A DNA stretch of 64,000 nucleotides from an uncultured Planctomycetota bacterium (GCA_963849325.1 CAWKHF010000010.1:32001-96000); one strand, 5' to 3'; numbered from the stretch's first letter, positions 1 to 14,225 are shown. The notes: generated by a model not told the origin, from the sequence alone. Numbers and translations are program-made.

Positions 1-86
1 GGTTGGGGGTGAGGGGGAGAGAAACTCGCGGAAAGCGCACCCCCTCACCCCAACCCCTCTCCCCCGGAGTACCGGGGGAGAGGGGC
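1..86. repeat. REP-like palindromic element (CCCTCACCCC-A-ACCCCTCTCCCC...GGGGAGAGGGG family)
   Basis: Nested inverted repeats: ggggtgagggg/cccctcacccc and cccctctcccccgg/ccgggggagagggg. A second copy lies at ~22039-22084. Confidence 0.8.
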
Positions 87-193
87 TTTCGGGACAGACT
101 CTGAGACGCAAACAGCTCCGCGCACCTCCGTTGGTCTTCCGGTGTCCGTCATCTATAATCGCACCAACGCGAACCCTGGATCCAGGAGACGAC

Positions 194-1708
194 ATGGCCG
201 CCGAGAAGATCACCCCCCGCGCCAAGGATTATTCGCAGTGGTACCTGGACATCGTCAACCGCGCCGGCCTGGCGGAAAACTCCGACGTGCGCGGCTGCAT
301 GGTCATCAAGCCGCACGGCTACGCCATCTGGGAGAAGATGCAACGGGCGCTCGATCGCCTGTTCAAGGACACCGGCCACGTCAACGCCTACTTCCCGCTG
401 TTCATCCCCAAATCGTTTCTGGCCCGTGAAGAGCAGATGGCCGAGGGCTTCGCCAAGGAGTGCGCCGTCGTCACGCACCACCGCCTCAAGGCCGTGCCCG
501 GCGGCGGTATCGAGGTCGATCCGGAGGCGAGACTCGACGAGCCGCTGATCGTCCGGCCGACCTCCGAGACGATCATCTGGAACACCTACCGCACCTGGGT
601 CCAGAGCTACCGCGACTTGCCGCTGCTCATCAACCAGTGGGCCAACGTGGTTCGCTGGGAGATGCGGACGCGGCTGTTCCTGCGCACGGCCGAGTTCCTC
701 TGGCAGGAGGGCCACACCGCCCACGCCACGCAAGCGGAGGCCGAGGAGGAGACGCGGCGCATGGTCGAGGTGTATCGCACCTTCGCCGAGGAATGGATGG
801 CGATGCCGGTGCTGGTCGGTCCCAAGAGCGAGGGCCAGAAGTTTCCCGGCGCCGTCTACACGCTCTGCATCGAGGCCCTGATGCAGGACAAAAAGGCTCT
901 GCAAGCGGGCACGAGCCACTTCCTCGGCCAGAACTTCGCCAAGGCGTTCGACGTGAAGTTCCAGGACCAGCAGGGCAAGCTCGAATACGCCTGGGCGACG
1001 AGCTGGGGCGTGTCCACGCGGCTCATCGGCGGACTCATCATGACGCACAGCGACGACCAGGGCCTGGTGCTGCCGCCGCGTCTGGCGCCGATTCACGCCG
1101 TCATCGTGCCGATCTTCAAGACGCCGGAAGAGAAGGTCGCCGTACTGGAGGCGGCCCACAAGCTGGCTGGCAGCATCCGCGAGCTACCGCTGCGGGAATG
1201 GCTCAACTACGAGCCGGTGACGGTCAAGGTCGATGACCGCGAGCAGTATCAGCCGGGCTTCAAGTTCAACGAATGGGAGCTGAAGGGCGTGCCGGTGCGT
1301 GTCGAGTTGGGTCCAAAAGACCTCGCCAAAGGAGCTTGTGTGCTGGCGCGCCGCGATCTGCCGGGCAAGGAGGCGAAAGAGATGGGCGTGCCACTAACGA
1401 CGGCGGCGGCCCGCATCGGCGAAATGCTCCAGGGCATGCAAACCGCCTTGTTCGATCGGGCGCGCAAGTACCGCGACGAGAACACGCACGAGATCAATTC
1501 CTACGACGAGTTCAAAAAGATGATCGAGGAGCCGGGTGGTTTCCTGCTGGCTCACTGGGACGGCACGCGCGCGACGGAGGACCGCATCGCCGCCGAGACG
1601 AAAGCGACCATCCGCTGCATCCCGTTCGATCGCAAGGAGGAAACGGGCAAGTGCATGGTCACGGGCCAGCCGTCGGAGGGGCGCGTGGTGTTCGCCAAGG
1701 CGTATTAA
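194..1708 (+). CDS. proS: Proline--tRNA ligase, archaeal/eukaryotic type (no INS editing domain)
   Basis: [24 protein letters not shown] and [12 protein letters not shown] motifs, C-terminal FAKAY. GGAG RBS precedes ATG 194. Confidence 0.97.
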   Translation: MAAEKITPRAKDYSQWYLDIVNRAGLAENSDVRGCMVIKPHGYAIWEKMQRALDRLFKDTGHVNAYFPLFIPKSFLAREEQMAEGFAKECAVVTHHRLKAVPGGGIEVDPEARLDEPLIVRPTSETIIWNTYRTWVQSYRDLPLLINQWANVVRWEMRTRLFLRTAEFLWQEGHTAHATQAEAEEETRRMVEVYRTFAEEWMAMPVLVGPKSEGQKFPGAVYTLCIEALMQDKKALQAGTSHFLGQNFAKAFDVKFQDQQGKLEYAWATSWGVSTRLIGGLIMTHSDDQGLVLPPRLAPIHAVIVPIFKTPEEKVAVLEAAHKLAGSIRELPLREWLNYEPVTVKVDDREQYQPGFKFNEWELKGVPVRVELGPKDLAKGACVLARRDLPGKEAKEMGVPLTTAAARIGEMLQGMQTALFDRARKYRDENTHEINSYDEFKKMIEEPGGFLLAHWDGTRATEDRIAAETKATIRCIPFDRKEETGKCMVTGQPSEGRVVFAKAY

Positions 1709-1764
1709 AAAGCGATCTTGCTTCGTCGAAATCCTGTGGTTTTCGGGCGAGCGAGGTCGCATCG

Positions 1765-1795
1765 GCGCCCCGAATACTTTTCCTCGGGGCGCTTT
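1765..1795 (+). terminator. Probable intrinsic terminator of proS
   Basis: gcgccccga / tcggggcgc stem followed by ttt. Confidence 0.45.
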
Positions 1796-1829
1796 GCTGA
1801 CCGAATGCCTTTGCGAAAACATGAACTAG

Positions 1830-1964
1830 GGATTTGTCGATACCAAGGGACGGATTTGGATAAAGGACCGAGCCCACGCGGGCGATCCGGACCATTGGGA
1901 CGTGCAAGAAGACGGCGGCAAGAAGTATTTCCGAGTCGATCCGAACGGTAATCTGCTGCCCTAG
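1830..1964 (+). pseudogene. Orphan polymorphic-toxin C-terminal tip (HWDVQ-type predicted RNase, Ntox37-like)
   Basis: Manual translation GFVDTKGRIWIKDRAHAGDPDHWDVQEDGGKKYFRVDPNGNLLP*. It is preceded in frame by ATG-AAC-TAG and is absent from the ORF track. Confidence 0.6.
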
Positions 1965-2008
1965 CACATTATCGCTATTCGGGGACCATCGCAGCAAGGG
2001 AGTAGGAG

Positions 2009-2467
2009 ATGCCTGTGCAGAGAAAGCAGCGGGGACAACCCGAAAACGATAACGAGGATCTTGGCCTGATGGCGAACGGTTCTTCGGGCGACTGGGAGGT
2101 TGCCGTAGACGAGACCACAAAGGGACCGGATCGCTGGTTTGTCCAACTCGAAGGTCCGTCGGTCTGCTTTTCGTTTGAGGTTCCTTCACCCGAGATGATT
2201 CCCAGGGCACTCGACTTCCTCGGCGGGCCCTCATCGTCCAAGGGGCCATATGCTGGGTTTCCCGCGGAGAACGGCTCGTTGGTCCTTGGCAAGCACCGAC
2301 AAACTCCCGTGATTCTTGTCCGAGACGATGAGTACAAGGGTCGCTTTTTCCTCGTGATAGGGCAAGAGGCTGATGTCGTTGTGCGCTTCACGATTGCAGG
2401 GCAGGACTGGAAGGACATCCAAGAGGCACTTCGTCAAGCGACGGAAGACCTTGAAGATGAGGACTAG
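2009..2467 (+). CDS. Hypothetical acidic protein, candidate immunity protein
   Basis: 152-aa ORF with AGGAG upstream, directly after the toxin-like fragment, with lower GC than the flanking genes. Confidence 0.65.
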   Translation: MPVQRKQRGQPENDNEDLGLMANGSSGDWEVAVDETTKGPDRWFVQLEGPSVCFSFEVPSPEMIPRALDFLGGPSSSKGPYAGFPAENGSLVLGKHRQTPVILVRDDEYKGRFFLVIGQEADVVVRFTIAGQDWKDIQEALRQATEDLEDED

Positions 2468-2592
2468 GGCCGACGCCATGAACTCGGCGCCGACGGCTCG
2501 CAAGAAGGAAGCCGACATATGCAGACATGGTCACGGGCCAACCATCGCAACCCCGCTCGCCAGAGTCTCGACAGAGCAAGGCGATCTCCGAG

Positions 2593-2654
2593 CCAGCAAC
2601 TCGGAGGGCCGGTGGCGGGTCTTTCGGCCCGTCGTCGGCCCTCCGAGTTGCTGG
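2593..2654. repeat. Long hairpin between convergent genes
   Basis: 19-bp perfect arms ccagcaactcggagggccg / cggccctccgagttgctgg, extended by 10 further pairs including G-U pairs, loop tttc. Confidence 0.75.
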
Positions 2655-2715
2655 GGACACCTTCTCTGGCCCGCCGACCTACACCTACTGGCGCGCCGTG
2701 TGAGCTTGGCCCGGT

Positions 2716-5126
2716 TCAACGGAACGGAGGGGATGTGCCAAAAAATGGGGACGCTTCTGACAAGTCCTTGTCAATCAAACAATGGCGCGGAATATCGATT
2801 GGATGCGCGTCCCCATTTGGCCCTGTGATCGCCGCCCTCACCAGCCATTCGACGTGGGGATGGCCATCTGGTGCAGCGTCCAGCGGCAGGCGGCGCGGAT
2901 CGACAGACTCCGGATCGGCCAGGCCATCGAGCAGGATGGTCCGATGACTCGGGTCGCCGCTGCCGAGCTTGGCCAGGGCCAGGGCGGCATTGCGGCGCAC
3001 GACCGGCGACAGCGATCGTTCTCGACGATAGTCCGGCCAGCGCCTGCACGAAGGCGACTCGATGCAGGCCGGGGTGGACGCGCTGCAGACGATACAGGCT
3101 CGTCTCCAGTTCCAGCGGCGGCGCATCCGGCCGGCGCAGGATCGCCAGGTCGAGATCGAGCGTGGCGCGCGAGTAGGACGCCGCAGTCCATGACCTTTTG
3201 CGCGCCAGGTCCAGCGCGGCCAGCAGCGAGGCGAAGACCGGAGACAGACCGTTGGGGATGTCCGTCTGCATTTGCTGGAGCATTTGCCGCTGCTCGGCCA
3301 CCTGGATGTCGGTCAGGGTGCCGCTGCCGGCGTCGAAGAGCAACTCCTTCAGGCGCTCGTCCAGCAGCGTCATCAAGCGCGGCAGCGACGTGTCCGGGGC
3401 GAAGAACTCCGCGCCCAGCCCCTGCTCGATGAGCGAGAGCAGTTGCACTTTCAGGGCACGGACGCCGCGCGCCAGGGAGCGCACCAGCTCCAGCGGCGTG
3501 CGTTGATGGCCGGACGCGACCAGCTCGCGCATCAGCCAGCGCGTGTTGCTGCGGGCCAGGTCTTCGAGGATGGCGATGGCGAAGGCGCGCGTCTCGTCGC
3601 GGTCGAGCGGCGGTCCCGGCAGGCCGGAGCGCAGCCAGTCCAGCGTCCAGCCCAGGTCCACGTCCGTGCTCAGTGGCGCCAGCGCCGCGCGGACGCGCTC
3701 TTCCACCTCGGCGAACGGCAGCCGGCACTTGGTCGATTCGCGGAACAGCGCTTCGAGCGTGGAACTCTTGACGCCGCCCCAGTTGAGGGCTTGGCCGGGC
3801 AAATAGAGAATGCCTAGGCGGTGCAGCACGTCCTCGACGTGCGGGACAACGGCGTTGTTGGCCCCCTCGGCCACCAGCTTGACGCGCAGCCGCTGGGCCA
3901 CGGCCGCGTCGATCACGTTGGGGATGGCGGCCGGGATGAAAACGTCCGCCTCCTGCACGATCAACTCTCGGCTATCGGGACCGCGGAAGCCGGGCCGGGC
4001 CGCATCCGTCGTCGGTCGGCGCGGCGACCCACAAAGCATCCACGGCGCCGGCGTACTCGACGATGGGGCGACGCGCGGCGCGGAGGCGCAGCAGGGCGGG
4101 TACATCCAGACCCTCCGCCCGATAGACGGCTCCGAACTCATCGGCCACTCCCGCGATCTGAAATGATCCCGCCGGCGTCTCCTCGGTCAGCAGTCGGGCC
4201 ACGGAGCCGCCCACGTCGCCGAAGCCCTGGATGAGGACGCGGATCGGCCGGCGCTCGGCGAGTCCGTAATGGGCCATGCCCGGATGGCGCAGCGCTTCCT
4301 GCAGCGAGGCGGCCACGGTTCGGCCGGTCAACTCCCAGGCCTGGTGCGGAAAGCCGCCCGCCTCGGCAGCCAGGCCGGTGACAGGCGGATGCTGGCGGAT
4401 GCCGCGTACCGCGCCGATCTCCCGCGCCGCCGCATCGACCCAGGCCATCTCCTCTTCGCCCATGCGCATGTCCGGCCCGCCGATGTAGCGCTGCGACAGC
4501 ACGCCGGCCAGCACCGACGAGGCCGCCCAGCGCTCCAGCGCCGTCCGTTTCTCCGCGGTGCCGACCGGGCCGTTCGTGTAGTAGCGCACGCCGCCCTTTG
4601 CCGAGGATGAAGAGCGACATGCCCAGCGCGCCGAACAGGGCGGTCACGGCCTGGAAGTGCGTCCCTTCCTGCACGAGGATCGTTTTGCCGCCATCGAAGG
4701 GCACTTCGCCGAACGGGTTCTTGTCGTGCATGGCCTCGGCCAGGCGGATCACTTCATCGAGCAGCCGCGTCCGCGCCGGCGAGGCGGCCGACCGCGCCGC
4801 CATCGGTGTAGCACAGCCGCCAGGCGGCCTCGCCGATGCGGTTATCGCCCTCGAAATAAGCTGGATGGACGCGGGCGTAAAAGAGGACCGTCACCGGCAG
4901 CCGCCGCTCCAGGCGCAGCGGCTCGAAGGCGTTGGTGCCGGCCGCATCGTCGAGCAGATCGAGCGCTTCGCGCCGGCCGTTCCTCCGCCGGCAACAGCTC
5001 GGCGAAGTGCTCCAGCGCCGTCCAGCACTTCGTCCGCGCCGCTCGCGCAGAGAGTGTGTCATCCACTCGTTCGGCCGAGAGCCGAAATTGCTTGCGCATC
5101 CTCGGCAGCACGCTCTCTGCTTGCAT
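2716..5126 (-). CDS. Divergent Glu/Leu/Phe/Val dehydrogenase-family protein with long C-terminal helical/HEAT-like extension (frameshifted; ends approximate)
   Basis: Across frames: AEAMHDKN, FDGGKT, GGPDM, IQGFGDVG, FIPAAI, VAEGANN and NWGGV, then a HEAT-like VRRNAALALAKLG. Confidence 0.75.
2743..2818. repeat. Short MITE/REP-like element
   Basis: 12-bp terminal inverted repeats aaatggggacgc / gcgtccccattt around an AT-rich core with an inner tgacaag/cttgtca palindrome. Confidence 0.55.
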
Positions 5127-5134
5127 GATCGACT

Positions 5135-5705
5135 CCACACTCCGACCGGATCGTCGAACGATCTTCGACCGGACAGCGCCTGGTCCAGTCGCTCCAGCAG
5201 TTCTGCCGCCCGTGGCGGCGAGGTCGGCGCTGCCGTCCGACCCCTTCGGCAACCCCCCGAGCACCGGCACGCACGCGGCCAGGTAACTCCGCAGCTCCGT
5301 GAGCAGGCGTTGGCGTTCGACGAGGTGATCGTAGGCGGCGCAGGCCTGGCGCAGCACGCTCAGCAGCTCGTCGGGATCCCACGGCTTGGTGATGTAGCGA
5401 TAGATGTGTCCCTCGTTGACGGCGTCGATCACCGCCTTGATGTCGGCGTAGCCGGTGAAGACGATGCGGATCGCCTGCGGGTACTCGCCCTCCACGCGAT
5501 GCAGCAGCTGCACGCCGGTCATGCCCGGCATCCGCTGGTCCGTCATGATGACGTGGATCGGATGCTGCTTGAGGACTTCGATGGCCTCCGCTCCGCTCTC
5601 GGCGGTGTGGACCTCGAACTCCCTGCGCAGCAGGCCGCGCAGCGAGAACAGGATCTCCGGCTCGTCGTCCACCAGCAGAATCGAATGCTTGGTATTCTCG
5701 GCCAT
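5135..5705 (-). CDS. Response regulator (REC plus short helical tail; 3' end approximate)
   Basis: ILLVDDE, MTDQRMP, FTGY and ITKPWD motifs. GAGGAG RBS. Confidence 0.88.
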
Positions 5706-5719
5706 CGCTGTTTCTCCTC

Positions 5720-6973
5720 TCAACCTGGTGATGGCGCCGCCGTCCCACGCGGCGGCCGCAAGGGCAGCCGGATGCGGAACAGCGTGCCGCGCCCGACCTC
5801 GCTCTCGACCTCGATCGTCCCGCCATGATCGCGGATGATCCCGTAGCTCACCGACAGGCCCAGGCCCGTGCCCTGGCCGACCGGCTTGGTGGTGAAAAAC
5901 GGATCGAAAATGTGCGGTAAATGTTCCGGCTTGATGCCGCAGCCGTTGTCCTGGATCTCGATGGCGACGCCGCCGTCCGCGACCTGTCTCGTCCACCCGC
6001 GTGCGCACCTCGATGACGCCGCCCTTCGCCGACGCCTGGATGGCGTTCAGCAGCACGTTGAGGAACACCTGATTGATTTTGCCGGGATGACACAGGACCG
6101 GCGGCAGCTCGGCGAGGGAGGTCCGCAGATCGATCGCGTTCTTCTTGATCTCGTGGACGACGATCTCCAGGGTGGATTGCAAGTGCGGCGTTGAGGTCGG
6201 CCTCCTTGAAGTCGGCCTCGTCCAGCCGGGCGAAGTCGCGCAGGTTCTTGACGATGTCGCGGACTGCGCTTGAGTCCGTCCAGCGAGCGCTCGAACAGGC
6301 GCGGCAGGCTGTCGCGGATGTAGGGCAGGTCGATGTCCTCCTCCATCCGCTCGGCCTCGGCGGCCAACTCCGGGGCGACGCTCCGCAGACGGTCGCGCCC
6401 TTCGCGGTACTTGTCGAGCACTTGCAGGGCGGCCGGCACGTCGCGGCGCAGCACGGCGAGGTTGTTGGCGACGTAGGCGATGGGATTGTTGATCTCGTGG
6501 GCCATGCCGGCGGCCAGTTGGCCCAGGCTGGCCAGCTTCTCGGTCTGCACCAGCGCCGCCTGCGCCTCGCGCAGCGCCCGGTTCTGCGCCGCCAGCGCCT
6601 GCTCCAGCTCGATGATGCGCTCGCCGGCGCGGAGCGCACGCGCAGCTCGCCGCGGTCGAACGGCTTGGTCACGAAATCGTTGGCGCCGACTTCCAGCCCC
6701 TCGATCACGTCCTGCTTCTCCGACTTGGCCGTCAGCAGAATGATGTACACGTAGGCCCCGGTCGGCCGCGCCCGGATGTGGCGGATCAGTTCCAGGCCGT
6801 CCATCTCGGGCATGACCCAATCGCTGAGGACCAGCGGAAAGTCGCTCTCCTGAAAGAGCCGCCAGGCGGCGGCGCCATCCGGGGCCGCGACGACCTCGAT
6901 GACCCCATTGCTGCAGGTAGCTTTGCAGCAGATGACGGGAGACCGGTTCATCCTCGGCGATCAGGACTTTCAC
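5720..6973 (-). CDS. REC-HisKA-HATPase hybrid kinase, NtrB-like (frameshifted)
   Basis: VLIAEDE, SDWVMP, EKLASLGQLAAGMAHEINNP and QVFLNVLLNA motifs, plus G boxes. Confidence 0.88.
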
Positions 6974-6992
6974 GATCACCTCCGCAGACGGA

Positions 6993-7026
6993 GTCGTTCG
7001 CGGCTTCGCGCGAAGCCGCGAACGAC
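6993..7026. repeat. Perfect 34-bp palindrome (GCGGCTT/AAGCCGC family)
   Basis: gtcgttcgcggcttcgc|gcgaagccgcgaacgac. Related copy at 14192-14223 and half-copy at ~34137-34153. Confidence 0.8.
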
Positions 7027-7031
7027 CGAGA

Positions 7032-7949
7032 TCACAGCCGCCGTCGTTTGACCAGGACGATTTCGTTGCCCTTGTCGTTGTGGCGTACCTCGTCCATGAA
7101 CGTGCGGATGAGCAGCAGTCCGCGGCCGCTGACCTTCTCCAGGTTGGCCGGGTCGGTCGGGTCGGGCAGGCGCGTCGGGTCGAAACCCGGACCCTCGTCG
7201 CGGATGATGTAGCGCGCTTCGACGGGCGATTCGCGGGCGCGGACGTGGACGCGGCGATCGGCGTAGGGCTTGCTACGACGGCGTTCTTCCAGCAGCCGGC
7301 GATAGGCCTTCTCGTCGCGTCTCGCGCAGCTCGGAGTTGACCTCCAGGTTGCCGTGGTACATGGCGTTGAGGAGCGCCTCGCTCAGGGCCACCGTCACGC
7401 GCAGCCGCTCGTTCTCGGGGCAGCACTTCAAGCGGCGCAGGTTCTCGCAGACATGGCCGATCAAGCGCCGGGATCAGTGCCGGATCGTTGTCGAGCATGG
7501 AACTCGGTCTCGGTTCGCGTCAGGCACTCCATCAGGCGCTGCTGGCTGCGCTCGGCGGTGCTGAGGCGCAGGACTTCCTCGACGGTCTCCAGCAGGTCGC
7601 GGGCCAGGTTCTGCTTGGGAACGTAGCTGGCCGCTCCCTTTTGCAGGGCCTGCATGGCGATCTCCTCGCTGCCGTGCGCCGTCATCAGCACGACCGGCAA
7701 GAGCGGATAGCGACTGCGGAGGGTCTCGACCAGTTCCAGGCCGTTCATGCCGGGCATGACCATGTCGGTCAGCACCAGGTCCGGCGCTTCGCGCTGCATC
7801 ATCTCCAGCGCTTCCTCGCCGTCGGCCGCTTCGAGGACGCTCAGGCCGGTGCGGCATTCCAGCGCCTCCAGGCCCGGCCGGCGTTCGAGCAAGCCCCGGG
7901 CCAGGACTCGATCCGTCCGGGTGTCATCCACAACAAGGATCTTCGCCAT
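7032..7949 (-). CDS. Response regulator fused to anti-sigma-factor-type HATPase (RsbW/SpoIIAB-like) domain (frameshifted)
   Basis: REC (LVVDD, LTDMVMP, MTAHG, YVPK), then EALLNAMYHGNLE, IRDEGPGFD, SGRGLLLI and KGNEIVLVK. Confidence 0.85.
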
Positions 7950-8036
7950 GAGTTTCTCCTTGCGGGGCGGGCACGGCGTTGTGCCTGCCGCCCGGAACTC
8001 GACGGAAGGATGAGCGGGACGAGCCGTCCCGAACCC

Positions 8037-11210
<3,174 letters not shown>

Positions 11211-11306
11211 AAGCCTCTCCCGATGCCTGGCCTCTGTCGCCGTTGGCCGGTTGAGCAGCAGCTTACATCGGTCCCGGCGGGTATGCAAGCCGCTTGCGGG
11301 TGTTTA

Positions 11307-11363
11307 TCCGAGCCTGAAGCGTAAGCGAAGAAGAACGCTCTTCGCTTACGCTTCAGGCTCGGA
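11307..11363. repeat. REP-like palindrome (CCGAGCCTGAAGCGTAAGCGAAG family)
   Basis: 25-bp perfect arms. Near-identical copy at 45994-46049. Confidence 0.9.
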
Positions 11364-12538
11364 CAAATACCCGCCAGCGCCGGCAGCGTGAGCGTGAACG
11401 TCGTACCCCGACCGAGCGTGCTGGCCACGTCCACGCTGCCGCCGTGCATGCGAACGAACGCCCGTACCAGGCTGAGGCCCAGCCCCAGCCCGCGCCGGCC
11501 GAACTCGAACTGTCCCGAGGCATGCCGCGACACGTCCACGTTCGGTGAAGAACGGCTCGAAAAGGTGCGGCAGATTCGTCCGCCGCGATGCCGATGCCGC
11601 TGTCGCGGACCTGGAGACGCACGACGCCATCGTCGCGCCGGCCGACTACCTCGATCGTACCCGCCGTCGGGCGTGAACTTGATGGCGTTGATCAGCAGGT
11701 GGTCGAGGCAGATGCGGATCTTGCCGGCTTCGACTTCCATGGTCCCCAGGTCGGGAGCGAGGTCGACGACTGAGCTGTTGGCGGCGCTGCTCGACGAAGG
11801 GACGGACGTCCTCGACGGCCTCGCGCACCAGGGCGGCAGCGTCGGTGGGTCGCCGGTCGAGCGGCCGCTCGAAGCGGCCGGCCTGGAGCATTTGCAGCAG
11901 CTGTTCCACCAGCCGGTGCAGGCGCTGCCCCGCCTGTCGGATGCGTCGGAACCACTCCGCCGTCGTGCGCGTTCAGTCCCGGCATCCGCAGGGCCAACTC
12001 GGGCAGGGCGAGCAGGATGGTCAACGGCGTCCGCAATTCGTGGCTGGCCACGCGGATGAACGCCTCCTTCAAGGCGTTGGCCTGCCGCAGCTCGGCGTTG
12101 GCCTGCTCCAGCTCCTGGTTCTTGCGTTGCAGATCGTCCAGCAGACCGCTGGCGTTCCTGCAGCAGGTCGTACTGTTCGCCGGCCTGGTGCAGGACGGTC
12201 AGCAACTCGTCGGGATCCCACGGCTTGCTGATGTAGCGATAGACGTGGCCCTCGTTGATGGCGTCGATGACGGCCTTGATGTCGGCGTAGCCGGTGAACA
12301 GCAGACGGATGGCGTCGGGCCGATCGCGGCGGACGCGGCGAAGGAACTCGATGCCGCTGATGTCCGGCATGCGCTGGTCGGTCATGACGACGTGGACTGG
12401 CTGCTCGTGCAGCAGGCGCAGACCATCCCGAGCGCGGGTGGCGCCGAGCACGCGGTACTCGCGGCGCAGCAAGTCCTGCAAGCTCTGCACCACGTCGGGT
12501 TCATCATCGACGACCAGAAGCGTGTGACGCCGGACCAT
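11346..12538 (-). CDS. REC-HisKA-HATPase hybrid kinase (frameshifted; 3' end runs into the repeat and is approximate)
   Basis: LLVVDDE, MTDQRMP, ASHELRTPL, NAIKFTPDGG and GLGLGLS motifs. Confidence 0.88.
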
Positions 12539-12651
12539 GACTCCAAGCTCCGCCGAGGGTTGACAGTCGCCGCCACGGCTGGAACACTGAATAGTATTAT
12601 CCCCCGTCGCCGCCTCGGATGCTAGAGTCTGTTCCGGGAGGCCGTCGCGCC

Positions 12652-13105
12652 ATGCACGGGTTGACGACTGCCTCTGCTGGATCGAGCCTGCCGCATCTTT
12701 CTGGAACGGGCTTACCCGGAGGGAGGCCCCTCGGTCCCGCCCGTCAGCACAGCCTACCTCGGTCTCCACGCTGATCGGCCGCTGGAGTCGGTGCTGGTCC
12801 CGCCGTTGTGCCAGCCGTTGTTCGACCGCGACGGCGGCCTCCGCGGCTACAGCCTGCGCCTGGGCAGTGCTTTCCACCCCCACCTCAAAATGCAAATCGT
12901 GAGCCACGACCACGACGACTGCGTCTTCAGTGTCGATACGCACGACACGCTCTCTCTCGAACCCCGCGACCCGGACTCGCCGCGCTGGGACCGGTTTCAG
13001 ACGATCAATCGACGCCTCAAGGAAGAGATCGAACGCGCCTGGGAGGAGGCGGGACTGCTGACGTTCAACGCCCTCTTGCGGCGCGAGCTGGGGCGAAAAG
13101 GATAA
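12652..13105 (+). CDS. Hypothetical protein (one frameshift near N-terminus)
   Basis: Reconstructed MHGLTT..LDRACRIFLERAYPEG joined to the 104-aa ORF ending LLTFNALLRRELGRKG. Confidence 0.65.
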
Positions 13106-13114
13106 GGCCAAACC

Positions 13115-13166
13115 GAGCCGCGACCGTTAGGGAGCGGGGAACACCGCTCCCTAACGGTCGCGGCTC
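13115..13166. repeat. REP-like palindrome (GAGCCGCGACCGTTAGGGAGCGG)
   Basis: 23-bp perfect inverted arms just after a stop codon. Confidence 0.88.
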
Positions 13167-13310
13167 CGACGGGCGGGGACAACGCGACCTCCGCGGTCGC
13201 CATTGTGGATTTGTCGTGGAGATAGTTGACGCCTCGGGCGCCGGCGGTTACGGTGGAATATAGCCCCCTATCCGGGTTCATCTCCTCCGAAGGCTCAGGG
13301 AGGTCCTCTC

Positions 13311-14174
13311 ATGTCTGTCCCTCGCTGGTTCCAACGCATCCTCGAGTATCATCGCGTGCCGTATCAGGAACACTCGCATCCGCCGGTGTTCTCGGCCTCT
13401 CACCTGGCGCACGTCGAGCACGTCACCGGCCGCCGCGTGGCCAAGGTGGTATTCGTCAACGCCCGCAACCATCCGATCATGGTGGTGCTGCCGGCGATCG
13501 CGCGCCTCGACCTGGACCGCGTCAAGGCGGTGCTGGGCGAGCCGGAGCTGCGCCTGGCGACCGAGGCGGAGATCGTCGGCTGGTTCAAGGGCTGTGAGCC
13601 GGGCAGCGTGCCGCCGTTCCGCCTGCGGAACGACGTGCGCGTCCTCATGGACCGCGAGCTGGCGCACCTGGGCCGCATCGTCCTGCCGGCCGGCGCTCCG
13701 GACGTCGCCATCTCCGTGCGTTTCCGCGACTGGTATCGCGCGGTTCGACCCGGCGTCGGCCGTTTCGCCGCCGGCGGCGACGGCCGGGCGATGAACCGGG
13801 AGGCGCCGGTCCTCGTCGTCGAGGACGAGACGGAAACGAATCAGTTGCTCTGCGAGTTGCTCCAGCGTGAGGGGGTCGTCTGCCAGGGCGTCGAGGAAGG
13901 CGGACAAGCACTCGCCGCGGCCGTGCAAGCTCGACCGGCGGCCATCCTTCTTGACCTTATGCTGCCCGATATGTCCGGTTTGGAGATGGTGCAACGGCTG
14001 CGGTGCGAGGGTTCGCTCAAGCGCATCCCGTGGATCGTGCTGACCGCCCTGGACGATGACGCTTCGCGCCAGCGCGTTCAGGAGCTGGGCGCGGATGCGT
14101 ACCTGACGAAGCCGCTGCAGCCGCAGACGCTGGTCGCCGAGGTGCGCGAGCTTCTGGCCGAGGCGAATGCTTGA
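13311..14174 (+). CDS. YbaK/ProX-superfamily aminoacyl-tRNA deacylase domain fused to C-terminal receiver domain
   Basis: N-terminal VAKVV, LRLATEAE and GCEPGSVPPF. C-terminal VVEDE, LLDLMLPDMSG, VLTA and YLTKP. Single uninterrupted ORF with GGAGG RBS. Confidence 0.88.
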   Translation: MSVPRWFQRILEYHRVPYQEHSHPPVFSASHLAHVEHVTGRRVAKVVFVNARNHPIMVVLPAIARLDLDRVKAVLGEPELRLATEAEIVGWFKGCEPGSVPPFRLRNDVRVLMDRELAHLGRIVLPAGAPDVAISVRFRDWYRAVRPGVGRFAAGGDGRAMNREAPVLVVEDETETNQLLCELLQREGVVCQGVEEGGQALAAAVQARPAAILLDLMLPDMSGLEMVQRLRCEGSLKRIPWIVLTALDDDASRQRVQELGADAYLTKPLQPQTLVAEVRELLAEANA

Positions 14175-14191
14175 CAAACGATCCCGCGACA

Positions 14192-14223
14192 TCGCTTGCG
14201 GCTTCGCGCCAAGCCGCAAGCGA
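14192..14223. repeat. Palindrome between convergent genes (REP or bidirectional terminator)
   Basis: tcgcttgcggctt / aagccgcaagcga. Confidence 0.75.
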
Positions 14224-14225
14224 CA

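Noticed and set aside
1827-1829. TAG read-through or recoding upstream of the toxin tip
   Set aside because: TAG is used as a normal stop elsewhere (1962, 2465, 52070), and there is no pyrrolysine or suppressor evidence.
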